The notes: a model not told the origin generated them from the letters alone. DNA of 64,000 nucleotides from an uncultured Treponema sp. (GCA_946411505.1 CAMKEG010000009.1:18016-82015); one strand, 5' to 3'. Counted from the stretch's first letter, positions 27,547 through 37,635 are shown. Numbers and translations are program-made.

Positions 27547-28311
27547 CTAAAAATTCTGGTATTCTTTTATTATACCAGTTTCCAGAAAAAAATCAAGTTG
27601 TAATTGATATTCTCCGGATTTTATTAAAATCGCCGGAATTTTGTTTATCAAGACTTTTCCGGTAATTTGCTTGGGTTTGTTGCGCAATATTTTTCTATAA
27701 TAGTTGCGAACCGCGTCCTTTAGCGCGTTTTGGGCGGCTTCCTCGATTCCTTCAAAGCCTTTGGAAACCCGGCCTCCTCCGATGCCCAATATGCGCGGGT
27801 TTCTTACGTCCGCCCACTGCTTCCAGCTTGCAACCATCGCGTCGTCGCGCTCAAAGTTGGCCCAGCAATGCACTTTGCTTTGGTCAAACCAAGGCTGCTC
27901 GTAATGGATTTTTTTGCTCTCGCTGTCAAAGGAACGAATTTCGCGGACCTCAAAATATTCGGAGACGCCGCGCAGCCTGTCGCTGGGCGTGTAGTCAAAT
28001 TCCCAGCCGTAGACCATTCCGTTGAGCAAAAAGGGCGTCAGTTTTTTCATTTGGCCGATTGCGTGGTCAAAAATTCCTTGGTTGTAGTTGAATTTTCCGC
28101 TTTCCGACGAGCCGCTTTCCACCAAACCCGGATAAGCGTCCAGTTCCGCCCATAGCGGCAGACGGATTTTTCGTTGGAAGGAGGTTTCCTGCGGATATAG
28201 TTGCCCAATGAAAACGGCTAGCAAGACCGCAATTGCCGCGCCGCGCGCCAAGGCATGTTTTCTTGCCGTTGGCCAAAACTTTTTTCCGGCCCGCGAAATC
28301 GCTTTTTTCAC
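27547..28311 (-). CDS. Conserved hypothetical exported/membrane-anchored protein
   Basis: The GTG start overlaps the rhomboid stop (GTGA) and there is an N-terminal hydrophobic segment. Confidence 0.7.
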   Translation of the reverse strand: MKKAISRAGKKFWPTARKHALARGAAIAVLLAVFIGQLYPQETSFQRKIRLPLWAELDAYPGLVESGSSESGKFNYNQGIFDHAIGQMKKLTPFLLNGMVYGWEFDYTPSDRLRGVSEYFEVREIRSFDSESKKIHYEQPWFDQSKVHCWANFERDDAMVASWKQWADVRNPRILGIGGGRVSKGFEGIEEAAQNALKDAVRNYYRKILRNKPKQITGKVLINKIPAILIKSGEYQLQLDFFLETGIIKEYQNF

Positions 28312-28949
28312 CTTAACGCGTTTTTCCATACCTTTATCGGGTTCACTCCGTATCGGACAAGGCAAAAGAGCCAGGCCGCCGCAAAGCCGCTCAGGTGCGT
28401 CAAGTGCGCCACGCCTTGGTTCATTCCAAAGACTTGGTCAAAAACCGCGACGCCGGCGTAAAGCGCTATCAAAAGCGGAGCCGGAACGGGAACCAGTCCT
28501 AATATAAAAACCGTTGACCGCGGAAAGATTACAGCGAAAAGCAGCAAAACCGCGTAAACCGCTCCGCTGGCTCCGACCAAGACTATTTGCCAGTAGCCGC
28601 CGACTGCGTATATTGCCAATGACGCGGCGCCGCACAGGATTCCGCACAAAACGTAAAAAAGCCAAAATTCCTTGCTTCCCACCTGCTTCTCCACGTAAAC
28701 GCCGAAAAAAAGAAGTCCTATCATGTTGCTGACCAAGTGGCTCCAGGAGCCGTGCATGAACATGTAGGTGAAAAGCTGCCAGTAGTAGTGGCCGCGAAGG
28801 AACAAAATCGGCTGCAGGCCAAAAAGGTATTGCGCGTTCAAATTGCGGCCGCTTCCGGTCAACATGAAGGCGACGACGTTGAGCGCCGCGATTACAAGGG
28901 TCGCGTAGTTGAAGGAGTAGGAGAATTTTTTGTGGAGAATGTTGGGCAT
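28308..28949 (-). CDS. Rhomboid family intramembrane serine protease
   Basis: YWQLFTYMFMH, HLVSNM, GASG (catalytic Ser) and AHLTHLSG (catalytic His). Confidence 0.93.
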   Translation of the reverse strand: MPNILHKKFSYSFNYATLVIAALNVVAFMLTGSGRNLNAQYLFGLQPILFLRGHYYWQLFTYMFMHGSWSHLVSNMIGLLFFGVYVEKQVGSKEFWLFYVLCGILCGAASLAIYAVGGYWQIVLVGASGAVYAVLLLFAVIFPRSTVFILGLVPVPAPLLIALYAGVAVFDQVFGMNQGVAHLTHLSGFAAAWLFCLVRYGVNPIKVWKNALR

Positions 28950-28951
28950 GG

Positions 28952-30085
28952 CTAGTTTTCTGTCTTTACGTCAGAATCAATTATGCTTTTGTCGGCAAAG
29001 GTTATTCGGTTTCTGCCGGAAGTCTTTGAAACATAAAGCGCCTTGTCGGCTTGGATTACAAATTCCTTGGCGCTCGTCACGGGGTTTTCTTCCTTGTCAA
29101 AAACGCTGACTCCGCCGGAAATCGTCACCTTCACTATTTGTCCTTCGTAGTTGAATTCCATGTTTTCGATGTTGCTTCTGATTCGCTCGGCCACCTGCAT
29201 GGCGTCCTCTTTGAGCGTGTTGGGAAGCATCACCGTAAATTCCTCTCCGCCGTAGCGGCTGGCCATGTCCTGGCTTCTTATGGAATTTTTTATGACTTTG
29301 GCCACCGTGGTAAGGACGTAGTCTCCGCAAGTGTGGCCGTGCGTGTCGTTGAAGCTCTTGAAGTGGTCGATGTCAAACATTATCACGCCGATTGGAAGGC
29401 CTTGCGCGTACGCCAAGTCCAAGCGGTCGGTGAGCTGGTTGAAGAAGAAATACTTGAGCTTTAGGCGGGTCATCATGTCGGTTGACGAGCGCTCCAAAAG
29501 GGCGGCGTTGTTGATGGCCATGCTGGCAAGGGACGATATGTTCAAGATTTGCTTTATGTCGTAGTCGCTGTATGAGGTGCCGTCGCCCAAGTCCATTCTT
29601 TCGCCCAAAAGCAGAATTCCGTTCATTCTGTTCTTTTGGAAAAGGGGAACGATTAGCGAGGGCTTCAGCGAGTAGATTTGGTCCAGCTTTTCGTCGGGCA
29701 GTTTTCTTTGGAGGTCGCGGACTGTGAAGACCTTTTCCTTTTCGTTTAGGAGGTCCACCAAGGGCGAGGCCATTGGTATAGTGTAATCGATTTGGCTGTC
29801 CAAATCCATTCCGGTGTAGTTGTTGCTCAGGCTGTAGGCTTCGGTCTCAAAGTCGTCAAGGACAAAGATTCCCGCTCCCAAAACCCGCATTTGGCACATG
29901 CAGGTGTAAAGGATTGATTCTATGAGAGTGGGATAGTCTAGCGTCGAACAAAGGGAGCGGGCGACTTCAAGCAATTGCTGCAAGTCGTAGAGCCGCTTTT
30001 CGTAGCGGGCTGTGAGCTCCTCAGTTGTCTCGTTTCTCTCCGCCTTCAATTCAAAGGCGTTCCTGTCCGTTTTCTTTCTTCCCAT
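28952..30085 (-). CDS. GAF-GGDEF diguanylate cyclase
   Basis: DMMTRL, DIDHFKSFNDTHGH, RSQD I-site and RYGGEEF active site, with an N-terminal GAF-like region. Confidence 0.93.
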   Translation of the reverse strand: MGRKKTDRNAFELKAERNETTEELTARYEKRLYDLQQLLEVARSLCSTLDYPTLIESILYTCMCQMRVLGAGIFVLDDFETEAYSLSNNYTGMDLDSQIDYTIPMASPLVDLLNEKEKVFTVRDLQRKLPDEKLDQIYSLKPSLIVPLFQKNRMNGILLLGERMDLGDGTSYSDYDIKQILNISSLASMAINNAALLERSSTDMMTRLKLKYFFFNQLTDRLDLAYAQGLPIGVIMFDIDHFKSFNDTHGHTCGDYVLTTVAKVIKNSIRSQDMASRYGGEEFTVMLPNTLKEDAMQVAERIRSNIENMEFNYEGQIVKVTISGGVSVFDKEENPVTSAKEFVIQADKALYVSKTSGRNRITFADKSIIDSDVKTEN

Positions 30086-30087
30086 AC

Positions 30088-31677
30088 CTATTCTTTGACT
30101 TTCTTTATTATAACATAGTTTCTTATAATTTCAAAGAAATTTTGCCACAAAGGGAACTGCAATTCCAAAAGCGACGTGCTTTCCCTGTTCCTTGAAGAAA
30201 ACATAATTCCCTTCAAGTTGGATACAAACTCGCTCTTTGAACGCTTTGTGTCCGCTATGCAGTCGCTCAAATTTGCGTGCAGCGAAAGCAGCAAAGACGA
30301 CACCTTTTGGATTATTTCCTTTGCCTCGTTATTTATATTATCGACCAAATTTGTAAGTTTTTTAGTGAATTCAGAGTTCTTGTGGCTGTCCGAAATCAAG
30401 TTGTTTATAGTCTGGAGGCTGTATTTTTGCCCAGACATGAACTGAGCCTCAAATTGGTCGATTAGGCCCAGGCTGTCGTTGACCGAAAAGACCAGCTGCG
30501 AGAAAGTTGTTTTTGTGGCCGGGTTTGTGAACAAGCCTTCCACGACGATGTCGTTGACGACGTTGCGGATTTGCTCCGTGTAGTATCTCTTTAGGAAGGT
30601 TTTTAGGATCCTAAGCGGCATGACCCACATGAAGTTTGACGAGGCGTTTTTTCCGATTGTGTCCATCGTGTCTGTGTTGTAGCCCATCAAAGGCTCCAAG
30701 TTTCCGTCGGGGAACAAAACGTCAAGCTCTTGCTTGACGTACATGTCCTTCATCTCGTTCCTGATTCTCAAGTCGTCGGCCGCGAACTGCTTTTGCAATT
30801 CCTCGGCGAAGTTGCGGCGGACGTTTTCCTTGTAGCTTGCCTTTTGCGGAACAAAATTTGGGTCCTTTTTGGCGACGCAAATTAGGTTTTTCAAGGTTTC
30901 GGCGTTAAGCGTGTTCTTTAGAATCGCCTGGATGCGCCTTAAATTTTGCAGGCATTCCTTCTTTGTCCGCGTGTCGTTGGGCTGGCCGTGAAGCAGCTCG
31001 TTTAGGGCCAAAATCGCGTTGGCCGTCGACATGTTTATCGTGTAGTCGGCGGTCAAATAGTAAAGGTCCAAGAAGACGTTTTCAAGCGTTGACGGCGGAA
31101 TCGGCTGGTATTCCGGAGTGTAGTCCTCCTCTCCGTTCCTTGCGGCGAAGTCGCCGTCAAAAAGCTGCAAGGGAACCACAAAGTTAAAGTGGCACAAGTC
31201 CGCCAATTGGTGCAGGGAAGTGACCACGTCGTCCATTTTGTTGAACTGCGGGCCGTTCAGCGCCGTGACGATTTTTTCAAGCGCCTTTTTTTGCGTGTCC
31301 AAGATGTCCCTCTGGCCGTTTTCTCCGGCCGCGGAGACGCTCTTTTTTCGCTCGTCGTAGGAAAGCGAGTCCAAGAGCCTTTTGTCTTCTTCCGAGTAGG
31401 CGGTTACGATAAGCTCTTCCTCAAAACGGTGGTTCCTTTTTATGTCGGGGCCTGAAACCGTGTTGTCCAAGATTTTTCCGACAGCCTGCGTGTTTTCGTA
31501 AAGGACGCGGAGGGCTTCCGCGAAGTTGGGCTGAATCAATTCATTCTTGTAAAGGCCGGCCGGATGAAGGCGCAATTCGCTTTCCATTTTGCGGAGCTTG
31601 ATTTTTTTTTGCACTTCCGGTGAATTTGAGCGGAACAAAATGTCAAGAAAGTCCGTCAAGGCCTGTAACAAAGACAT
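30088..31677 (-). CDS. Conserved spirochaete hypothetical protein (DUF5312-like)
   Basis: Helical 529-aa ORF. The start is set at MSLLQAL, downstream of a TATAAT, because the track's longer N-terminus overlaps dusB. Confidence 0.7.
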   Translation of the reverse strand: MSLLQALTDFLDILFRSNSPEVQKKIKLRKMESELRLHPAGLYKNELIQPNFAEALRVLYENTQAVGKILDNTVSGPDIKRNHRFEEELIVTAYSEEDKRLLDSLSYDERKKSVSAAGENGQRDILDTQKKALEKIVTALNGPQFNKMDDVVTSLHQLADLCHFNFVVPLQLFDGDFAARNGEEDYTPEYQPIPPSTLENVFLDLYYLTADYTINMSTANAILALNELLHGQPNDTRTKKECLQNLRRIQAILKNTLNAETLKNLICVAKKDPNFVPQKASYKENVRRNFAEELQKQFAADDLRIRNEMKDMYVKQELDVLFPDGNLEPLMGYNTDTMDTIGKNASSNFMWVMPLRILKTFLKRYYTEQIRNVVNDIVVEGLFTNPATKTTFSQLVFSVNDSLGLIDQFEAQFMSGQKYSLQTINNLISDSHKNSEFTKKLTNLVDNINNEAKEIIQKVSSLLLSLHANLSDCIADTKRSKSEFVSNLKGIMFSSRNRESTSLLELQFPLWQNFFEIIRNYVIIKKVKE

Positions 31678-31744
31678 AACATTACTATTATAATATAATT
31701 TTCCGATCTTTGCAAGAAAATCATTGCTAATTCTTAATTCATAA

Positions 31745-32734
31745 TTAAGAATTAATGATGGGGGCGAAGGCGGCGCGGTAGTCGGCCTTGCTCTCGGCCT
31801 GAACGATGCGGCGGCGCAGCTCCCCCACGCCGGGAACGCCCTTGGAGTAGGCGCAAAAGCGCTTTCGCATTTCAAGGCAGGCGCCTTTTTCGCCGATGTC
31901 GGCGGCCAGCAAGTCCAATTCCTCAAAGCCGGCCTCAATCGACTCGCGGATTGGAATAGGCTCACAGGCGCCTGTTTCCAAAAGTTGCCGCGTCTGCCTA
32001 AAGATAAAGGGCCGGCCCATCGCTCCGCGCGCGAACATGACAGCGTCGCAGCCGGTCTCCTCCAGCATGCGCTTGGCTTCCTCGGGCGTAAAGGCGTCGC
32101 CGCTTCCAAAAATCGGGACGCGGCCATTTGCGAACTTCACAAGGTCGGCCAAAATATTCCAGTCGGCCTTGCCCTCGTAGCCCTGCGCGCGGGTTCTTGG
32201 GTGTATCGTGATTGCCGAGCAGCCCGCCTGGATCGCGGCGTCGGCGGCTTCTTTCCAGGTAAGGCTTTGCGCGTCCCAGCCGCTCCTAATCTTTACGGTG
32301 ACGGGGACTTTTCCTTCCACCGCCTGGACCACGGCGGACGCGATTTGGAAAAGCTTTTGGGGATTGCGGGTCAATTCCGAGCCGGCGCCGCTTTTTATGA
32401 TTTTGGGAACCGGGCAGCCGCAGTTGATGTCAATCAGCTCGCAGTTTGTGGCCTGCAAGACCATGCGGGTGCCCTTTTGCATGACCTCGGGGTTTCCGCC
32501 AAAAATCTGGACGGCGTAGGCCTTTTCGTTTGGAGCGCGGCGCATCAAAAGCGCGGTTTTGTCGCTTCCGCGGGTAAGGGCCTCCATGCTGACCATCTCT
32601 GTGTAGCAAAAACTAGCGCCGCCGCGGACGCAAACGCTCCTAAAGGCGCGGTCGCTGTAGCCGGCCACCGGCGCCAAAAAGAGGTTTCCGTCAAGCTTGA
32701 GGCTTCCGATTTGAACGGAATGGTAAAGGCTCAT
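31745..32734 (-). CDS. dusB: tRNA-dihydrouridine synthase B
   Basis: LAPVAGYSD, IDINCGCPVPK, VTVKIRSG, IHPRT and VMFARG. The start has an ATGA overlap with the tatD stop. Confidence 0.93.
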   Translation of the reverse strand: MSLYHSVQIGSLKLDGNLFLAPVAGYSDRAFRSVCVRGGASFCYTEMVSMEALTRGSDKTALLMRRAPNEKAYAVQIFGGNPEVMQKGTRMVLQATNCELIDINCGCPVPKIIKSGAGSELTRNPQKLFQIASAVVQAVEGKVPVTVKIRSGWDAQSLTWKEAADAAIQAGCSAITIHPRTRAQGYEGKADWNILADLVKFANGRVPIFGSGDAFTPEEAKRMLEETGCDAVMFARGAMGRPFIFRQTRQLLETGACEPIPIRESIEAGFEELDLLAADIGEKGACLEMRKRFCAYSKGVPGVGELRRRIVQAESKADYRAAFAPIINS

Positions 32735-33513
32735 TCGGGCAAATTGAAGACTTTGCAGCTGTTCTTCCAAAGCTGGACGCTAAGGTCTTCCAAGGGCATC
32801 TCAAGCATTTCGGACAAAAACTTGGCCGTGCTGGGGAGCATCTTGGGCATCGTGCGCTTTTTTTCGCGGAATTCCGCCGGAATCATGAAGGGGCTTTCGG
32901 TCTCTATCAAGATTCGCTCCACCGGAATGTTCAAAACCGTCTCGTGCAAGTTGCGCGCGTTGCGGTATGTCAAGTTTCCGGCAAAACTGAACCAAACGTT
33001 TAAGTTTGCGTCAAGGCATTTTTTTGCGTAGGCCGCGTCCTCGCTGTAGCAGTGGAGAATCGCGCCTTTTTCAGGAATGCGCTGGCTAAGGATGTCAAAG
33101 ACGTCCTTTCCGGCGTCGCGGTTGTGGATGATTACCGGCAAGTTGTGCTTTTGCGCCAGTTCCAGCTGCGTGATGAAGGCCTCGATTTGAGTGCGCTTGT
33201 CTCCGTACTGCTTGTAGTAGTCAAGGCCGGTCTCTCCGACGGCGATAACGTTCGGGAGCTTGAGGTTTTCCTCGATTGTGTGAATCCAGTCCTTTCCGGG
33301 ATTGGTAATTTCCGACGGAGCGACTCCGCAAGCGTGGTAGACCCCGGCGACGTTCTTTAGCGCGGGGTAAACCTTTGCAAAGTCGTGGAGAGAGTTGTTT
33401 ATGCTGACAATGCGGTTGACGCCGGCCATCTTGGCCTGCTGAACCACGCGCAATTGTTCAATAGGGTCATCGTAAATCAGCCCGATGTGAGCATGAGTAT
33501 CAAAAAACTGCAT
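32731..33513 (-). CDS. tatD: TatD family hydrolase
   Basis: FDTHAH, GETGLDYY, IIHNRDA, LHCYS and ETESPF. Confidence 0.94.
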   Translation of the reverse strand: MQFFDTHAHIGLIYDDPIEQLRVVQQAKMAGVNRIVSINNSLHDFAKVYPALKNVAGVYHACGVAPSEITNPGKDWIHTIEENLKLPNVIAVGETGLDYYKQYGDKRTQIEAFITQLELAQKHNLPVIIHNRDAGKDVFDILSQRIPEKGAILHCYSEDAAYAKKCLDANLNVWFSFAGNLTYRNARNLHETVLNIPVERILIETESPFMIPAEFREKKRTMPKMLPSTAKFLSEMLEMPLEDLSVQLWKNSCKVFNLPE

Positions 33514-33714
33514 GGCTTATGTCCTAAAAAACTGTGGTGAGTAAATCGCGCCCTTGCGGCGAAACTTACATTTTATATCCGTAAATAATAGCGCCATTTA
33601 TGAATTTTGTCAAATTTTTGCCGAAAAATGCCGACAAAGTTAATGAAGCTTCAATTGTTTCTATATATTGACGAATATTGACAAAAAAACTGAATTTTGA
33701 TAGGATAGGGAATA

Positions 33715-34725
33715 ATGGCTAAAAAGCGCGATTTGTCTAAAGTAATGTCCAAGTCATTCTCAACAAAGCAGTCTTTTGGCGACAAGCTTGCGTCCACGGC
33801 GTCAAAGATTTTTCACGTCTTTGACAACAAGCTGACCGTGATGATTGTTCCCCACGCGCAGGGAAAAGTGATGAATTTTCAGACCAACGTTTTTGCGATG
33901 GTTTTGGGAATCATAATCGCCTTTGGAATTATTCTTAGCTTTGTTTTCTTCAATAAAAACGCGATTAACGCAAGCGCGGAAATAAGCCGCCTTTTTACCG
34001 AGAACCGCCAGACTATGGCCAGCCTTGACGAGCTGCGCGACGAGAACAACAACCTTTTGCAGACCGCCAAGCGCTTCCAGTCGTCGCTCAACCAGTCGCT
34101 TTCCCTTTTGGGAATCGAAAGCCAAAACGACGCCACAAACGCTCCGCTCAACAACGGCGACCTTTCTTCCTTGTTCAGCATGGAGGAGTTGGCCACCGGA
34201 AGCGTGCGCGAAGCCGCCGACATCCGCCAGTTGACTTCTTACTTGGAAGGCGCGGTTCAGCCGATTGAGCAAATCGGAAAAATGCTTGAAACGCAAAATT
34301 CTTTGTTCAGCGACATTCCCAGCATTTGGCCCGTCCGCAGCGCCCAGCTTCACATTTCCATGGGCTTTGGCCCGATGGTTCACCCGATTACCGGCCAGTG
34401 GTATGTCCACAAGGGAATCGACCTTTCCACATGGCGCAGCGGCGACCCGATTCACGTGGCCGCCAACGGCCAGGTCGTGACCGTCGCCTACGACATGGGT
34501 TACGGCAACAATGTCATCGTAAAGCACAAGCACGGCATTTACACCCGCTACGCGCATATGAACACAATCCGCGTGACAAAGGGACAGTTTGTTTCCCAGG
34601 GTGACGTAATCGGAACAATCGGAAACACCGGCGTCACCACCGGCCCCCACCTTCACTACGAAGTTCACATCGGAAGCGACGTGGTCGATCCTATCAAATA
34701 CCTTAACATAAAGGTTTCAAACTAA
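33715..34725 (+). CDS. M23 family metallopeptidase with an N-terminal TM and coiled coil
   Basis: HKGID, TRYAHM and TGPHLHYEV. Confidence 0.93.
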   Translation: MAKKRDLSKVMSKSFSTKQSFGDKLASTASKIFHVFDNKLTVMIVPHAQGKVMNFQTNVFAMVLGIIIAFGIILSFVFFNKNAINASAEISRLFTENRQTMASLDELRDENNNLLQTAKRFQSSLNQSLSLLGIESQNDATNAPLNNGDLSSLFSMEELATGSVREAADIRQLTSYLEGAVQPIEQIGKMLETQNSLFSDIPSIWPVRSAQLHISMGFGPMVHPITGQWYVHKGIDLSTWRSGDPIHVAANGQVVTVAYDMGYGNNVIVKHKHGIYTRYAHMNTIRVTKGQFVSQGDVIGTIGNTGVTTGPHLHYEVHIGSDVVDPIKYLNIKVSN

Positions 34726-35138
34726 TGGCTCTTCTTTCCGACGACATTTCAATTTGCACTATCGTCGGATCCGGCTCCGCCTTTTCCGGCAACATGCGCG
34801 TAAACGGCGCGATGATGATTGACGGCGACGTTGACGGAGATTTGGAAGTGAGCGGCAATTTAATCATCGGCGAAAAGGCCCGCGTGCGCGGAAACATCAA
34901 CGCAAAGAGCGCCGTTATAAGCGGAATTGTTTTGGGCGACATCAACGCTCCCGAAGGAATAAAGCTTATGGCAACCTCGACGGTTTTGGGCGACATAGCC
35001 ACGCATCGCCTTCAAATCGCGCAAGGGGTTGTTTTTCACGGCCATTGCATCGCCCTTAGCGACGAGGACCTTTTTGAAAAAGAAGCCACAAAGCAACGGC
35101 AAATTAAAGAAATAAAAAGCAAAACGATTATTAAATGA
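34725..35138 (+). CDS. Bactofilin (polymer-forming cytoskeletal protein)
   Basis: Beta-helix repeats TIVGSGSAFSG..IDG.V.G..IGEKARVRGNI, translationally coupled to the M23 gene. Confidence 0.9.
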   Translation: MALLSDDISICTIVGSGSAFSGNMRVNGAMMIDGDVDGDLEVSGNLIIGEKARVRGNINAKSAVISGIVLGDINAPEGIKLMATSTVLGDIATHRLQIAQGVVFHGHCIALSDEDLFEKEATKQRQIKEIKSKTIIK

Positions 35139-35686
35139 ATTCGATAGATTCAACAAGCAACGGTTTGTATTACAACGCCACGCAAGCGGCCGCCAACCAA
35201 GCTGCGGCTCAAGCGGCGGCGCAGGCCGCGCGCAAGAACGAAAAGGAAAAGGCCGTAAAAAAGCCCGCCTTTTCTTCAATGGTGGACAGGCGCGCCGCCG
35301 AAAATCTTTTGGCCAGCCAAGGCCTTCCGCCCGAGATTGCGGGGCTAAGCCAAGAGGACGCGCTTGTTTGGCTTAAGGACCAGTTGGACATGGCCGGCGA
35401 CGCGCTTAGCCAAAATTCCACCGTTCAGGAATTTGACAATTACAAAAAGGCTGTGCGCCAGTTCATAAGCTTCATGCAAAAGAACAATTTTGTTTTGGAG
35501 GAGCATAAGCGTTTTGGCAGGTCGCGTACGGGAAAGAAAAAAGACCCCGCCGTCTTGATTCAAACGATTGACAAAAGGCTTGAGCGGCTTAACTACGACA
35601 TTTGGTACAATCATTTGGACAAGCTTAAGCTGCTTGAAAAAATTCATGAGATAAACGGCTTGGTGGTAGACTTGACCGCCGTTTGA
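35135..35686 (+). CDS. YaaR family protein (DUF327)
   Basis: GDAL..NSTV.EF..YKKAVRQFI..IDKRL pattern, adjacent to PSP1 as in Firmicutes yaaR-yaaT. Confidence 0.75.
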   Translation: MNSIDSTSNGLYYNATQAAANQAAAQAAAQAARKNEKEKAVKKPAFSSMVDRRAAENLLASQGLPPEIAGLSQEDALVWLKDQLDMAGDALSQNSTVQEFDNYKKAVRQFISFMQKNNFVLEEHKRFGRSRTGKKKDPAVLIQTIDKRLERLNYDIWYNHLDKLKLLEKIHEINGLVVDLTAV

Positions 35687-35711
35687 GAATAGGCTAAAAT
35701 TAGAGTGATTT

Positions 35712-36635
35712 ATGAGCGACATTTTTGAAAACGAAATAGAAGACGACAACGAAGACCTTTCGCAGCTCGAAGACGAAGGCGCGGACGGCGCCGAAGAGTC
35801 GGGCGAAAAATTTGTATACAACGAGCCTCTTTACGCCTTGCGTTTGGATTATTCGCGCGAGGGCGTTTTTGCCAAGCAAGGCAATTTTAAGCTGGAACCC
35901 GGCGACGCGGTTATAATTCCAACCCGCTACGGCAAGGACTTGGCGCGCGTTTTGGGCAAGGCCAAAAGCCCGGTCGGAATAAAGAAGGACGACATAATCC
36001 AAATTGACCGCAAGGCAAGCGACGACGACTTGAGCCGCGCCGCCGAGCTTAAGGAAAAAGAGAAGGGCGCCTTTAAGGTTTTTCAAGAAAAAGTTGCCGC
36101 AAGAAAATTGAACATGAAATTGATTGGCGCGCACTTTTTGGTTGACGAGCCCAAGGCCTTATTCTTCTTTAGCGCCGAGCAGCGGGTTGACTTTAGGGAA
36201 TTGGTCAAGGATTTGGTGAGCGTGTTCAAGATGCGAATCGAGTTGCGTCAAATCGGCGTGCGCGACGAGTCAAGGATTACAGGGGGCTTGGGAATTTGCG
36301 GCCGCCCTTATTGCTGCCACGCCATCAGCGACAAGCTTCGTCCTGTTTCCATCCGAATGGCCAAGGACCAAAACCTTTCGCTCAACTCGATGAAGATTTC
36401 CGGCCAGTGCGGCCGCCTTTTGTGCTGCCTTTCCTACGAATACGATTTTTACGCCGAGTCGCGCAAAAAGCTTCCCAACGAGGGAACGCGCATTTTTTAC
36501 GACGGAACGAATTTTAGGATTACGGAAATCAATCCTTTGAGTTCAATGATAAAGCTTTACGGAGAGGACGGCCGCATAATCGAGATTAACTCAAGCCGCT
36601 TTGTAAAGGAAAACAACCGCTGGAAAATCAATTAG
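35712..36635 (+). CDS. PSP1/RicT (YaaT) family regulatory Fe-S protein
   Basis: RVDFRELVK, RIELRQIGVRDE, GICGRPYCC and KISGQCGRLLCCLSYE. Confidence 0.92.
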   Translation: MSDIFENEIEDDNEDLSQLEDEGADGAEESGEKFVYNEPLYALRLDYSREGVFAKQGNFKLEPGDAVIIPTRYGKDLARVLGKAKSPVGIKKDDIIQIDRKASDDDLSRAAELKEKEKGAFKVFQEKVAARKLNMKLIGAHFLVDEPKALFFFSAEQRVDFRELVKDLVSVFKMRIELRQIGVRDESRITGGLGICGRPYCCHAISDKLRPVSIRMAKDQNLSLNSMKISGQCGRLLCCLSYEYDFYAESRKKLPNEGTRIFYDGTNFRITEINPLSSMIKLYGEDGRIIEINSSRFVKENNRWKIN

Positions 36636-36647
36636 CCGGAGCGCCTT

Positions 36648-37376
36648 TTAGTCAAGAACCGCCAGCAAGTAGTCCGAATCTTCGTAGGACGAGAGGCCGT
36701 CGTAGCCGCTGAAAAATTGGGCGCTCTTGAAGCCCGCTTCTTTTGAAAATTCTTCAATTTCCGATTTTCTTAACGGATAGACTTTCGCCTGTTCGTATAC
36801 GGGCATGGACTTGTTGTTTTTTTCCAAAAAGCTGTCGATTAAAAAACTTCCGTCCTGGCATTTTGAAAGCACGCTTTTGTAGCGGACGCGGGCGCTGCTA
36901 AGTTCCGGCAGGCAGCACTTGGCGCTGTTTTTGTATTTTTCAAAGTTAAAGAGTTGCAGCACAACCTTTCCGCCGTCGGCCAAAAGTTCCTTGCAGTCAA
37001 AGAAGAATTTTCGCATCAAGGTTTTGTCGTGGATAAAAATGATGCGGCTGTTTAGGCATGAAATTATGTTGTAGAATTTTTTTCCTAAAAATCGGGTCAT
37101 TTCCAGCGTGGACATTTGAAAGTATCGCAGCGACATTAGCTGGTTTCTGTATTTTAGGCTTGCGGAATCAAGCAATTCCCGTTGTGTTTCCAAGCCGGTC
37201 ACGTCCACGTCGTCTTTTGCCAGCCTGTGGCAAAGAACGCCGGTTCCGCAGCCGATGCTTAAAACTTTTGCGGGATGCGGGTATTTTTGCGCCAATGTCT
37301 CATAAAATGTCTGTTGAGCCAATGACACAGGGTAGAGTTCATCGTAATATTCAACCAAATTTTTAATTGATTCCAT
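36648..37376 (-). CDS. Class I SAM-dependent methyltransferase
   Basis: VLSIGCGTG motif I. Start set at MESIKN. Confidence 0.85.
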   Translation of the reverse strand: MESIKNLVEYYDELYPVSLAQQTFYETLAQKYPHPAKVLSIGCGTGVLCHRLAKDDVDVTGLETQRELLDSASLKYRNQLMSLRYFQMSTLEMTRFLGKKFYNIISCLNSRIIFIHDKTLMRKFFFDCKELLADGGKVVLQLFNFEKYKNSAKCCLPELSSARVRYKSVLSKCQDGSFLIDSFLEKNNKSMPVYEQAKVYPLRKSEIEEFSKEAGFKSAQFFSGYDGLSSYEDSDYLLAVLD

Positions 37377-37417
37377 TTTGCATATAATTATAAACCCAAA
37401 ACGGAAATAACGCAAGG

Positions 37418-37601
37418 AAAAAAAACGGCTGAAAAGCGCGGCTCCCAGTCGCGGACGGCATTGCGAAACCGCTCGATATCGTCGCTACACGCTGTTTGCG
37501 CTTGAAACCATTAAACGCTGCCGCTTGCGCGGCAGGCGCAAACAGAGTGTTTTCGCAATGCCGTCCGCTCCTTCGCGCCGCGCTTTTCAGCCGTTTTTTT
37601 T
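37418..37601. repeat. 184-bp nested inverted-repeat element (MITE/REP-like)
   Basis: 25-bp perfect terminal inverted repeat AAAAAAAACGGCTGAAAAGCGCGGC. Inner arms GCGGACGGCATTGCGAAA/TTTCGCAATGCCGTCCGC and CTGTTTGCGC/GCGCAAACAG, plus an apical CTGCCGC/GCGGCAG hairpin. Confidence 0.9.
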
Positions 37602-37635
37602 GAGAAAAGGGGTGGCGTCCAAGGAACGCGGCCGC

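Noticed and set aside
31678-32127. 150-codon N-terminal extension of the 679-aa ORF overlapping dusB
   Set aside because: It is an alternative-frame read-through of dusB. A promoter-like TATAAT and ATG at 31677 give a cleaner start.
31985-33031. Long antisense ORFs (also 33802..34668, 38734..39408, 59568..60443 and others)
   Set aside because: These are shadow ORFs opposite well-supported genes, expected from the codon bias, with no recognisable motifs.
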